From Octopus vulgaris (lineage: Eukaryota): 64,000 bases of DNA. Every line of letters starts with the position of its first letter. Positions within the stretch are counted from its first letter, which is position 1. The translations under genes were made by a program, and so were the position numbers. The notes under the pieces are model-generated. The model was not told the DNA's origin and searched no databases. It worked only from the letters and a program-made list of their open reading frames with translations. This document shows positions 39,201 to 52,566 of the stretch, piece by piece. Where the stretch lies: contig OX597833.1 of the NCBI GenBank assembly GCA_951406725.2, forward strand, positions 11,160,001-11,224,000. The letters run 5' to 3'.

Positions 39201-42200
39201 CCAACTCTGACCGATTGTAGCCGGCCATTCTCCGCGGCAATACTGACGGACACCACTAAACACACCATCCAAATTGAGGTATACAACCTTTTGGTTCAGT
39301 GTCATCGCGTCTAATCCTCATCGCCGAAGTCCTCCGTGGAACAGCTAAAACCGATGCGGCCCAGGAAGTGGAGCCAACTCTGACCGATTGTTGCCGCCAT
39401 TCTTCGCGGTAACACTGACGGACACCACTAAACACACCATCCAAATTGAAGTATACAACCTTTTAGTTAAGTGTCTTCATCCCGCACCCTCACCGCCGAA
39501 GTCCTCCGTGGGACGGCTAAAACCGATGCGGCCCAGGAAGTGTAGCAAATTCTGACCGATTGTTGCCGGCCATTCTCTGCCCCAATACTGACGGAAACCA
39601 CTAAACACACCATCCCAATTGATGTATACAACCTGTTTGTTCAGTATCTTAGCGCCTCACCCTCATTGGCGAAGTACTCCGTGGGACGGCTAAAACCGAT
39701 GCGGCCGAGGAAATGGAGCCAACTCTGACCGATTGTTGCCGGCCATTCTCCGCGGCAATACTGACGGACACCACTAAACACACCATACAAATTGAGGTAT
39801 ACAACCTTTTAGTTCAGAGTCTTCGCACCGCACCCTCATCACCGAAGTCCTCCGTGGGAAGGCTAGAACCGATGCGGCCCAAGAAGTGGAGCCAACTCTG
39901 ACCGATTATTGTTCGGCTATTGTCCGCGGCACTACAGACGGACACCACTAAACACACCATCCAAATTAAGGTATACGACCTTTTAGTTCAGTGTTTTCTC
40001 GCCGCACCCTCATCACCGAAGTCCACTGTGGGACGGCTAAAACCGATGCGGCCCAGGAAGTGGGGCCAATCCTGACCGATTGTTGCCAGCCATACTCCGA
40101 CCCAATACTGACGGACACCACTAAACGCACCATCCAAATTGTAGTATACAACCTTTTAGTTCAGTGTCTTCGCGCCGCACCCTCATCGCCAAAGTTCTCC
40201 GTGGAACGGCTAAAACCGATGCGGACCAGGAAGTGGAGCCAACTCTGATCGATTGTTGACGGCCATTCTCTACGGCAATACTGACGGACACCACTAAACC
40301 CACCATCCAAATTGAGGTATACAACATGTTTGTTTAGTGTCTTCGCGCCGCACCCTCATCGCCAAAGTCCCCCGTAGGACGGCTAAAACCGATGCGGCCC
40401 AGGAAGTGGAGCCAAGTCTGACCGTTTTTGACGGCCATTCTCCGCGCCAATACAGTCGGACACTACTAAACACATCATCCAAATTGAGGTATACAACCTT
40501 TTAGTTCAGTGTTTTCGCGCCGCATCCTAATTACCGAAGTCCTCCGTGGGAAGGCTAAAACCGATGCGGCCCAGGAAGTGGAGCCAAATTTGACCGATTG
40601 TTGCCGGCCATTCTCCGCGGCAATACTGACGGACACCACTAAACGCACCATCCAAATTGAGGTATACAACCTTTTAGTTCTGTGTCCTCGCGCCGCACCC
40701 TCATCGCCGACGTTCTCCGTGGGACGGCTAAGACCGATGCGCCCCAGGAAGTGGAGCCAATCCTGATCGATTTATGCCGGCCATTCTCCGCGCCAATACA
40801 GACGGACAACACAAAACAAACTATCCAAATCGAGGTATACAACCTTCTAGTTCAGGGTCTTCGAACCAAACACTCATCACCGAAGACCTCCGTGGGACGG
40901 CTAAAACCGATGCGGTCCTGGAAGTGCAGCCAACTCTGACCGATTGTTGCCGGCCAATCTCCGCAGCAATACTGACGGACACCACTAAACACACCATACA
41001 AATTGAGGTATACAACCTTTTAGTTCAGAGTCTTCGCACCGCACCCTCATCACCGAAGTCCTCCGTGGGAAGGCTAGAACCGATGCGGCCCAAGAAGTGG
41101 AGCCAACTCTGACCGATTATTGTCCGGCTATTGTCCGCGGCACTACAGACGGACACCACTAAACACACCATCCAAATTAAGGGATACAACCTTTTAGTTC
41201 AGTGTTTTCTCGCTGCACCCTCATCACCGAAGTCCACTGTGGGACGGCTAAAACCGATGCGGCCCAGGAAGTGGGGCCAATCCTGACCGATTTTTGCCAG
41301 CCATACTCCGACCCAATACTGACGGACACCACTAAACCCACCATCCAAATTGTAGTATACAACCTTTTAGTTCAGTGTCTTCGCGCCGCACCCTCATCGC
41401 CAAAGTCCTCCGTGGGACGGCTAAAACCGATGCGGACCAGGAAGTGGAGCCAACTCTGATCGATTGTTGACGGCCATTCTCTACGGCAATACTGACGGAC
41501 ACCACTAAACCCACCATCCAAATTGAGGTATACAACATGTTTGTTTAGTGTCTTCGCGCCGCACCCTCATCGCCAAAATCCTCCGTAGGACGGCTAAAAC
41601 CGATGCGGCCCAGGAAGTGGAGCCAAGTCTGACCATTTTTGACGGCCATTCTCCGCGCCAATACAGTCGGACACTACTAAACACATCATCCAAATTGATG
41701 TATACAACCTTTTAGTTCAGTGTCTTCGCGCCGCATCCTCATCACCGAAGTCCTCCGTGGGAAGGCTAAAACCGATGCGGCCCAGGAAGTAGAGCCAAAT
41801 TCGATCTATTGTTGCCGGCCATTCTCCGATGCGGCCCTGGAAGTGGTGCTAACTCTGACCGATTGTTGCCGGCCATTCTCCGCGGCAATACTGACGAACA
41901 GCACTAAACACACCATCGAAATTGAGGTACACAACCTGTTTGTTCAGTGTCTTCGCGCCGCACCCTCATCGCCGAAGTCCTCCGTGGGACGGCTAAAACC
42001 GATGCGGCCCAGGAAGTGGAGCCAAATGTGACCGATTGTTGCCGGCCATTCTCCGCGCCAATACTGACGGACAGTACTAAACACACCATCCAACTGAGGT
42101 ATACAACCTGTTTGTTCAGTGTCTTCGCGCCCCACCCTCATCGCCGAAGTCCTCTGTGAAACGTTCTAGAACCGAAGCGGCCCAGGAAGTGCAGCCAACT

Positions 42201-45200
42201 CTGACCGATTGTTGCCGGCCATTCTCCGCGGCAATACTGACGGTCACCACGAAACACACCATCCAATTTGAGGTATACAACATGTTTGTTTAGTGTCTTC
42301 GCGCCGCACCATCATCAATGCCGAAGTCCTCCGTGGGACGGCCTAGAATCGAAGCGGCCCAGGAAGTGCAGCCAAATCTGACCGATTGTTGCCGGCCATT
42401 CTCCGCTGCAATACTGACGGACACCACTAAACACACCATCCAAATCGAAGTATACAACCTTTTAGTTCAGTGTCTTCGCGCCGCACCCTCATCGTCGAAG
42501 TCCTCCGTGGGAAGGCTAAATCCGATGCGGCCCAGGAAGTGGAGCCAACTCTGACCGATTGTTGCCAGCCATTCTCCGCGGCAATACTGACGGACACCAC
42601 TAAACACACCATCCAAATTGAGATATACAACTTTTTACTTCAGTCTCTTCCCGTCGCACCGTCATCACCGAAGTCCTCCGTGGGACGGCTAAAACCGAAT
42701 AGGCCCGTGAACTAAAACCAAGTCTGATTGATTGTTGCCGGCCATTCTCCGCGGCACTACAGACGGATACCACTAAACACACCATCCAAATTGAGATATA
42801 CAACTTTTTAGTTCAGTGTCTTCGCGCCGCACCCTCATCGCCGAAGTCCTCGGTGGGAAGGCTAAAACCGATGTGACCCGGGAACTGGAGCCAACTCTGA
42901 TCGATTGTTGCCGGCTATTCTCCGCGGCACTACAGACGGACACCACTAAACACACCATCCAAATTGAGATATACAACATTTTACTTCAGTCTCTTCCCGC
43001 CGCACCCTCATTGCCGAAGTCCTCCGTGGGACGGCTAAAACCGATGTGGCCCGTGAACTGTGCCAACTCTGATCGATTGTTGCCGGCCATTCTCCGCGGC
43101 ACTACAGACGGACACCACTAAACACACCATCCAAATTGAGGTATACAACCTTTCAGTTCAGTGTCTTCGCGCCGCACCCACATCGCCAAAGTTCTCCGTG
43201 GGACGGCTAAAACCGATGCGGCCCAGGAAGTGGAGCCAACTCTGACCGATTGTTGCCGGCCATTCTCCACGCCCACACTGACGGACAGCACTAAACACAC
43301 CATCCAAATTGAGGTACACAACCTGTTTGTTCAGTGTCTTCGCGCCGCACCCTCATCGCTGAGTCCTCCGTGGGACGGCTAAAACCGATGCGGCCCAGGA
43401 AGTGGAGCCAACTCTGACCGATTGTTGCCGGCCATTCTCCGCGGCAATACTGACGGACACCACTTAACACACCATCGAAATTGAAGTATACAACCTTTTA
43501 GTTCAGTGTCTTCGCGTCTAATCCTCATCGCCGAAGTTCTCCGTGGAACAGCTAAAACCGATGCTGCCCAGGAAGTGCAGCCAACTCTGACTGATTGTAG
43601 CCGGCCATTCTCCGCGGCAATACTGACGGACACCATTAAACACACGATACAAATTGTGGTATGCAACCTTTTACTTCAGTGTCTTCGCCCCGCACCCTCA
43701 TCTCCGAAGTCCTCCGCGGAACGGCTAAAACCGATGCGGTCCTGGAAGTGGAGCTAACTCTGACCGATTGTTGCCGGTCATTCTCCGCGGCAATGCTGAC
43801 GGACACTACTAAACACACCATCCAACTGAGGTATACAACCTGTTTGTTCAGTGTCTTCGCGCCCCACCCTCATCGCCGAAGTCCTCCGTGAAACGTCCTA
43901 GAACCGAAGCGGCCCAGGAAGTTCAGCCAACTCTGACCGATTGTTGCCGGCCATTCTCCGCTGCAATACTGACGGACACCATTAAACACACGATACAATT
44001 TGTGGTATACAACCTTTTACTTCAGTGTCTTCGCCCCGCACCCTCATCGTCGAAGTCCTCCGTGGGACGGCTAAATCCGATGCGGCCCAGGAAGTGGAAT
44101 CAACTCTGACCGATTGTTGTCGGCCATTCTCCGCGGCAATACTGACGGACACCACTAAACACACCATCCAAATCGAAGTATACAACCTTTTAGTTCAGTG
44201 TCTTCGCGCCGCACCCTCATCGTCGAAGTCCTCCGTGGGACGGCTAAATCCGATGCGGCCCAGGAAGTGGAGCCAACTCTGACCGATTGTTGCCAGCCAT
44301 TCTCCGCGGCAATACTGACGGACACCACTAAACACACCATCCAAATTGAGATATACAACTTTTTACTTCAGTCTCTTCCCGCCGCACCGTCATCACCGAA
44401 GTCCTCCGTGGGACGGCTAAAACCGAATAGGCCCGTGAACTAAAACCAAGTCTGATCGATTGTTGCCGGCCATTCTCCGCAGCACTACAGACGGATACCA
44501 CTAAACACACCATCCAAATTGAGATATACAACATTTTACTTCAGTCTCTTCCCGCCGCACCCTCATCGCCGAAGTCCTCTGTGGGAAGGCTAAAATCGAT
44601 GTGACCCGGGAACTGGAGTCAACTCTGATCGAATGTTGCCGGCTATTCTCCGCGGCACTACAGACGGACACCACTAAACACACCATCCAAATTGAGATAT
44701 ACAAAATTTTACTTCAGTCTCTTCCCGCCGCACCCTCATTGCCGAAGTCCTCCGTGGGACGGCTAAAACCGATGTGGCCCATGAACTGAAGCCAACTCTG
44801 ATCGATTGTTGCTGGCCATTCTCTGCGGCACTACAGACGGACACCACTAAACACACCATCCAAATTGAGGTATACAACCTTTCAGTTCAGTGTCTTCGCG
44901 CCGCACCCACATCGCCAAAGTTCTCCGTGGGACGGCTAAAACCGATGCGGCCCAGGAAGTGGAGCCAACTCTGACCGATTGTTGCCGGCCATTCTCCACG
45001 CCCACACTGACGGACACCACGAAACACACCATCCAAATTGAGGTATACAACCTTTTAGTTCAGTCTCTTCCCGCCGCACCGTCATCGCCAAAGTCCTCCG
45101 TGGGACGGCTAAAACCGAGGTGGCCCGTGAACTGAAGCCAACTATGATCGATTGTTGCCGGCCATTCTCCGCGGCACTACAGACGGACACCACTAATCAC

Positions 45201-45380
45201 ACCATCCAAATTGAGGTATACAACTTTTTACTTCAGCCTTTTCGCACCGATCCCTCATCGGCGAAGCTCTCCGCGGGACGGCTGAAATCTCTGGAGCCAT
45301 CTCTGACCGATTGTTGCCGGCCATTCTCCGCGGCCATTCAGACGGACACCACTAAACACACTTACCCAAATTGAGGTATA
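27256..45380. repeat. 173-bp GC-rich tandem satellite, about 105 monomers, two monomer types, higher-order repeats
   Basis: Consensus GGAGCCAACTCTGACCGATTGTTGCCGGCCATTCTCCGCGGCAATACTGACGGACACCACTAAACACACCATCCAAATTGAGGTATACAACC...; the 173-bp period is visible in both the sequence and the ORF offsets. Confidence 0.97.
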
Positions 45381-46140
45381 CATGTTTTTATTTCACCTAT
45401 TCTTTCGTTGTTTAATGCCATCTTCCTCTGTCTTGTTTTTCCCTATTGAAGTAATTTTATTATTTTTAGTTTCTGTGGTTTATTTCAGATTTCACTTAAA
45501 TTTTCATCGGCGAAATTTCGCTTTAATTGTTTGATAATTTAAAATTTTATACTTTTGCTCTTTTTACTTAAATTATCTAAACGAGATTTTGTATTTAGAA
45601 TGCACAGATTGTAAATTATGCGATAAAACGAGAGATTATTTGAAATAAAAGCAAGAAATGAATTTTATCAAATTTTCCATCTCAATATCTGAAAATATTG
45701 TGATTATTGTTTAATATCAAGTTTCCCTGACCCGATTGTGCAAATAATTTGAGCAGGATTCTTAGCGTTTGGATAAAATTACACAGAAAAGTGTTATCTG
45801 ATCGTATGGAGAAGAAAACAAACATACATATTTACATACATGCATTTATATATATACATGTATATAAATACATGTATAACTACATACATATATAAGTACA
45901 TACACACACATATTTATACACGCACATTCACACATATGCTCACACATACACTTACAAATGCTGTGTGCTTGTTGTCAGAGTTTCGGTAAACAAACGAGTC
46001 AATATGACCTCCACCCAGAAACATTTCATGTAAAATGTTGAAAGATATTTAAGTAATAAAATGCGTTTCTGAAGAATCATAACTGGCAAGTAAGTTAAAT
46101 ATCCTCACACGCGCGCGAATACATGTAAACGTTAGTATAG

Positions 46141-46577
<437 letters not shown>

Positions 46578-46579
46578 GC

Positions 46580-47130
46580 CGAGCAAGTCGGGCGAGACGT
46601 CGACGAGAACGGCGGCCACGCCACCGCCGTTGCAACGTCCCAGAATGGAAATTCCGCCGGTGACGCTGCCGCTCGACGAGCGGCACGGTGAACGCCGAGC
46701 TAAGGCATGCGCTTTAAGAGGGAGACACTTTTGGAAAACAACTCTAGTTCGGTTACGGTTCCGGCATAGAGGCGTTCAGCCGTTATCGCTTAGAGGCAGC
46801 CTGGCACCATGGTGAGTGCTCAAACAGTTGCTCCTATCCTGCAGTTTCTCTCGCACTGAACGGGATAGTCGTAGCTGAGTTGGCGTTGCCGGTGCCCGCC
46901 TAAGGTCGGCGGAAGCGTCGGCGGTAGTGAAGGACGACGCGTGAGTGCGCCACCTCCGTGGCGGCGCACCGTACCCCCGACGCGACTCGGGTCACTGCGT
47001 ATAGCGTAATGCATCGGTAGGATAAAACTAACCTGTCCCATGACGGCCTAGACAACTGACGCTCCATGTTATTGAGTGAACAATCCAACATCGAAGGATC
47101 AAAAAGCGACGCCACTGCGAACGCTTGGCC

Positions 47131-47173
<43 letters not shown>

Positions 47174-47357
47174 CGGCGGATGCATAGCTCATCGCTGTTC
47201 GGAAAGAATTGATGAGCCACGCTCATCGAAATCGAGCAAGCTTTTGTCGTTTTGCTCAACGTGTAGTTTCCATCCACGCTGAGCACGCCTTGGGTCACCT
47301 ATGCTACCGTTTGACATACGTACCGCCCCAGTCAGATTCCCCGACCGACACTGTTCT
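46580..47357 (-). pseudogene. 28S: 28S rRNA pseudogene, 3' part
   Basis: Plus strand shows reverse-complement 28S motifs ACAAGCCAGTTATCCCTGTGGTAACTTTTCTGACACCTC, ATCGAAGGATCAAAAAGC and GTACCGCCCCAGTCA, with deletions in conserved core. Confidence 0.9.
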
Positions 47358-50300
47358 TGACTAAGGGTCGCGACTAAGAGATCTCCCACTGCCCCACAAA
47401 GGAAGGGTGGTAAATTACATAAGTGAAATCCGAGCCGGTAATTTATATTTGTGATCGGTTCCACACCCTAAACTAAGTCTCTATGACACCCCGATTCAGT
47501 CCGATGGATCTAATGTTGAGGGCTAATCCCTCAGCGTGTTGTAGGTGCTCAACATAGCAGTTCTGCTAAATAGCTGTCAAAATGACCGGTCTCTAGTGCT
47601 CAAGGCGTCCAGTGGGTTGCTCGCAGACGAGCACCAGGCGCCACAGGCATCAACAGGGAGACTGTATACATCCACCGGCCGCCCAAGCTCTTCTCTCAGA
47701 AGAGGAATGAGCGGCCGGTATTTGTACACTTTTTCTAGAGCTACCTCCCTCAAGACAGCTCCCTATTCGAAACGAACGGTCACATCAACGACTACCACCT
47801 TCTCATGACTGCTAAAAACAAGATCTGGTATCAGTGTGGTGCCCTCCACATGATAGGAGGGCTCCACACTGACCCTCAAACTGTGGGTCACGGCTTCTCG
47901 TGCTACCAAGCCACATAATTTATTATAATTCATTATAATTTATTATACTTGGCAAGTCTGAGCTTCTTAAGAGGAGCATAGTCTCCACTGACATGCGATA
48001 TAGTCTCCGTTCCTACTCTACAGCTTGGACACGTGGAGACACCACGGCCACCCCGTGTCAAGGCTTCACGAGTGGGAAAACATTGGAGGGCATCATGAGT
48101 AAACCCAAGAAGCATCCCTCCATTATCTATTATAAAAGAATTCCCCTGCGTGAGACCATAAAAGAATCTCGGTAGGGAGTACTGCTGTAGCAAGAAGAAT
48201 TATTGTCGGGGTTTCAGTGGAACCCGGCATATTTTATGAATATACCGGGACACCTGCTCCACTGAATCTAAATCGAATTCCGGGTATAAAATTTAAGTCC
48301 CAGTTAGGACAGCTTATGTTCAGGCTGGACTTCACACAAATCGATACCAGTGAGACTCGGTGGAGTTTCATTATTGTCAAGGTGGGATTTGCCCCAGCCC
48401 CTGATGGAGAACAACGCGCACTTGCCGATATTGATCGCCAGCCCGACCGTACGATAGAACTCCAGATATCAAACCATAAGTGCCTGAAGCCCATCGCACG
48501 AACTCGAGACTAGTACCAAATCGTCAGCGTACGCAAGGCCTGCCACCATAGACCTCTTAACACTGAGACCGTCGCTACTAGGCAAAATGTCTAGCAGAGG
48601 ATGGGCGAAAGCGCATTTCTTTGCCTAACACCACGCTGAATCTCTATGGGCTCGCTTAATTGGCTCCCAACCGAGAATCTGGTTACACTGCCTTCGTATA
48701 CCCCCTCCACGAGCCTTATTAGGTGCTCGTGGAAGCCCAGTCTTCCAACCCCCGCATACACAAGTGAGTGCGGGACCATGTCGAAGGCTTTTACTAGGTC
48801 TATGAAAGCGACTTCCAGCAGCGATATTCTTGACCATGACGGCCACCCCATCGATCGGCTGACTAGTTGTCGCAAAATAAAAGGATTCTCGCAGCATCCG
48901 TCAACCTCGATGAATCTCCGTTGGGCAGGATTCAGTGAAGTTACCTGAAGCATTCTCCTGGCGACCCTCTTCGAAAACAGACGATACGCTGCACAGCATA
49001 TCGTCAGTGGTTGCCAATTAGAGGTGACCATGGGATCATCTGTCCTTTCGAAATCAGGACGGATCTTCCTTGCTTCAGGACATCGGGAAATTTCCCGGCC
49101 AGCAACATGCTGTTGTACAGGTTTGTGAGGATGATGGGGTCCATGGACTTGATTTCTCGAACAGTAAGTTCATCAGGACCCTCCACTGAAGATGGATTCA
49201 TTCCTCGTCGGCCCTTCTTAATTTCCTTCATAGTGGAAAGCCTCACAAAAGGACCCTTATCAACTGTGGAGGAGACTGATTACTCCGAAAGGTCGACTTC
49301 AGAGCCAGAGACGGAATAGCTCTATAGCGGGCATGGGAATAAGACACCCATGCTCTGAATCCTCACCCATTACAGCTGCTTGGAACATTTTCCTGTATTT
49401 ATGTTGAAACCGCTTCATGTTGTTACACCTCCCACACCTACCGGCCACCTCCTCTCTACGTGCCTTACAATGCTCCACCCAGTCCTCAACCTTATTTCCG
49501 AAGAAATCCCAAACCCCGGGTGATGCGTCCTCCGTGAACTCCAACAGGAACTCGGAGAAGACGGCCTCCCACCGGGAGTGACGGGGAAGTGCAGCATCGA
49601 AGAACGAGTCTCACCAGTTGTTATTTAGAGAAGACTCACCTTCGCGTTGAGTTCTCACCTGAGATTTCTTAGCCAGGCCAACCCTCTTAGTACCCACCTG
49701 TTTAGGTGTTTTATTGAGTAGGTACTGTGTAATGGCCACGTTGATCCTTTTGCACCCAGCTGCTGCCAGCTCAGCTTCCCTCTCGACGAGTATTGCTACT
49801 TCCTCTATGGACCAGCAACCTCTGCTGACATGGCCTGAGGCCGTCGCAGAAGCATCTCCCCTTGCATACTTTATCACCATTTCTTCCTTGTGCTGTGCGA
49901 TCCTATGCGCATTAACTGCGAGAGGATGCCCGTGGCGTCAAAAAAGAACGGCTGCAGTGGTCGCAATGGAAGGGAAGCTGAACAGAGCGGGATGTATCAG
50001 AGCTGGCAGAATCGTTAGCACGCCGGGCGAAATGCTTAGCTGTATTTCGCCCATCGCTACCTTCTGAGTTCAAATTCTGCCGAGGTCGACTTTGCCTTTC
50101 ATCCTTTCGGGGTCGATAAATTAAGTACCAGTTACGCACGGGAATCGATGTAACCGACTTATGCCCTTTGTCTGTTCTTGTTTGTCCCCTCTATGTTTAG
50201 CCCCTTGTGGGCAATAAAGAAATAAGAAACCAATGCGCTACTACACTTATCAGCGTGGCATCTCATAAACTGGAACGGCCCGCTTTCCCTATCGCATTTC

Positions 50301-50708
50301 TCTCACTTGTATACCGGCTTTATTCCATGCGTATACTCCATTTGTTCCTCCATCGTCGAGTTCAAACCCCACAAACAATAAAGGGTGACCCCCGCCCCCC
50401 AGAGTAAGCTACGGGTCCGTTTGGAACAACCGCAACATTGCGCCAATAGAGCACAACCGACTATTAACTAGTCCACACGGGACGCGTGGTGGTGAGTCCA
50501 TCGGTGCCCTAGCTAATCTTAGCGGGGAGGTCCGTGCTTCTCAGTCAGGATTGCCCATATCTCTGCAAGGTTTCCAACCACAAAGTGGCATCGTTTTGAG
50601 AGAAGTGGAACACATTTAGTTTGTCCAAAGTGAGATGGTCGATCCGGCATGATTGCACGTACTGACATAGTCCCTCCCACGGACGTAAGCCCTCTGAGAG
50701 CGGCAAGG
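47358..50708 (-). mobile_element. R2: Decayed R2 non-LTR retrotransposon inserted in 28S
   Basis: 5' junction follows TAACTATGACTC(A)CTT. Zinc fingers; Myb WSIEEVAILVEREAEL; RT motifs GPDELT, PAQRRF, FIDLVKAFDMVPH, GVRQ..LSP, AYADDLVL; CPSC..ETISH; RLE PDLV..VVDVTV..EKVYKY. Many frameshifts and stops. Confidence 0.93.
49998..50228 (+). mobile_element. SINE family B inserted in the R2 zinc-finger region
   Basis: Homology to family B; interrupts R2 between zinc fingers. Confidence 0.9.
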
Positions 50709-52527
50709 AAGTGAGTCATAGTTATTCACGCCGTTTACCCGCTATTTGGTTAAATTTCTTCAATTTGACATTCAGAGCACTGGGCCGAAATCACATCGCG
50801 TTTGTGCGGATAACCGATGCTCTGTTTTAATTAGACTGTCGAATTCTCCCCGTCCATACCAGTCCCGAGTCGACCGTTCGCCGCTGGCGGAACGCCTGCC
50901 ATGAGTCCGTGGTATGACAACCGATCCCGCGCGAGGAGGAGTCAGGCCGCGAGCACCGACGCGACAGCGAGTCCGAAGCCGTGCCGCTCAACGGCATCTC
51001 GAGTGAGGAGCCGTGTTGTTCGCGCCCACTACGCCCCAAGAGCCCTGTATAAAATCGTGTACCGCCAGACAACGCGCTGGGAGGCGAGGAGCACTCTCGC
51101 GAGAGAAGGCCACACGCGGATCCGGCGGCGGCGACCACCACGTGCGCTCTCCACTGCGCCAAGAAGGCTCGGCGTAGGCAACGGGACCGAACGCAGCCGC
51201 AGACACCGTGCAGGGAAAACGGTCCCCGTTAGCCGAATATGCGACCACACAGCGGCGCGAAACGGGTTATTCGTGGTGGCGGCGGCGACGGCCGGAACGG
51301 TGACCTGGATGGCGAGTCTGACGCCAACGCTACAGCGCCAGACCGATCCGCCGTTTCGCGTGAAGACGTGCTCCGGCGCCCGTCGGCGCTACGCCGAGCG
51401 AATGGGGAAATGTTCACGCGGGTGCGCGGTGACACACACCGACCGATCCGCTCCTCGAAGTCAATCCTTTTTCCGAAATTAAGAATCCACTTTGCCGACT
51501 TCCCTTACCTACATAGGCGCTATCGACGAGGGGCTGTACATCTCGGTGACCGGCTGCGGATGCGTTACGGACCCGGATTTTCCAGGACTGCCGAGAACGC
51601 GGAGCTCTGCAGGTATCATATCCGTACCGCCAGATGAGCCGATTGCACGGACGCGGTCCTTTACGAAAGAACTCCCAGTAACGCTCCTGGCTCGCTTGCG
51701 TTACCGCTGCTTCGCCCAGGCGCCGACTTCGACGACGGATGCCCTGCCAGGAGCGCGCCTAGTTCCCGCCGCCGGACGGATACCCATCGAGTTCGGGTTC
51801 GGGAATAGCAACCCGATTCTCTTTAGATGCGAGGCCGGCAGCTTGCTTGCGTGCCGGCCTGCGTGCTTGCGTGACGGATCCGACGCCTTTCGTGAAAGCT
51901 TTCGCCCGCTTCTTCCGACCGACTGACCCGTGCTCGACCGCCGTTGACACGGAACACTTCTCCAATTCGGTCTTCGAATGTCTCGTTCCACCGAGATCTG
52001 CACCCGCAGTCGGCTTCACTCGTTCTCACGCCCGCAACTTCCATGCATGCCGCAGCGCCCTCCTACTTGCCCGGACATTGGAAAGACGCCCTGCCGGAGA
52101 ACACGCAACCTGTCTCACGGCCGCCCCGGCATCGGTCACTCACTCCAGCTCCATCCGTTTTCGGGGTCTGTCGATTCGGCAGGTAAGTTATTACACACGC
52201 CTTAACAGATTCCGACTTCAGTGTCCACCGTCCTGCAGTCTATATCGACCGAGACCCTTTCGGGAATCTAATGGGTGAAGCCTAGGACACCTTATCCGGA
52301 CGTTCAGTTCATCCCACATCACCAGTTCTGCTTACCAAATGTGGCCCACTAGGCAACGTGCATTCGTTGGTCGCAATGGCTACGATATACGGCTGCCTCC
52401 GATCGGGAGAGGAGCGGCACGCTTTCCCCGTTCCGAGTTCAAGAGTAGATCGTGGCCGTCAGCGTCCCCGGGCCTCCAGTCGTTTGCTTTACCGGACGGA
52501 ATTGCGCGTTGTTTTCCCGCTGACGCT

Positions 52528-52566
<39 letters not shown>

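Noticed and set aside
27256-45380. Dozens of 60-110 aa ORFs in the satellite
   Set aside because: The 173-bp period is not a multiple of 3, stops recur in all frames, and substitutions ignore codon position; artefacts.
27256-45380. Hammerhead (minus strand GCGATGA...GAAGAC) or CENP-B box in the satellite monomer
   Set aside because: Core and stems I/III do not fit; the closest CENP-B-like string CTTCGGCGATGAGGG has wrong spacing and lacks CGGG.
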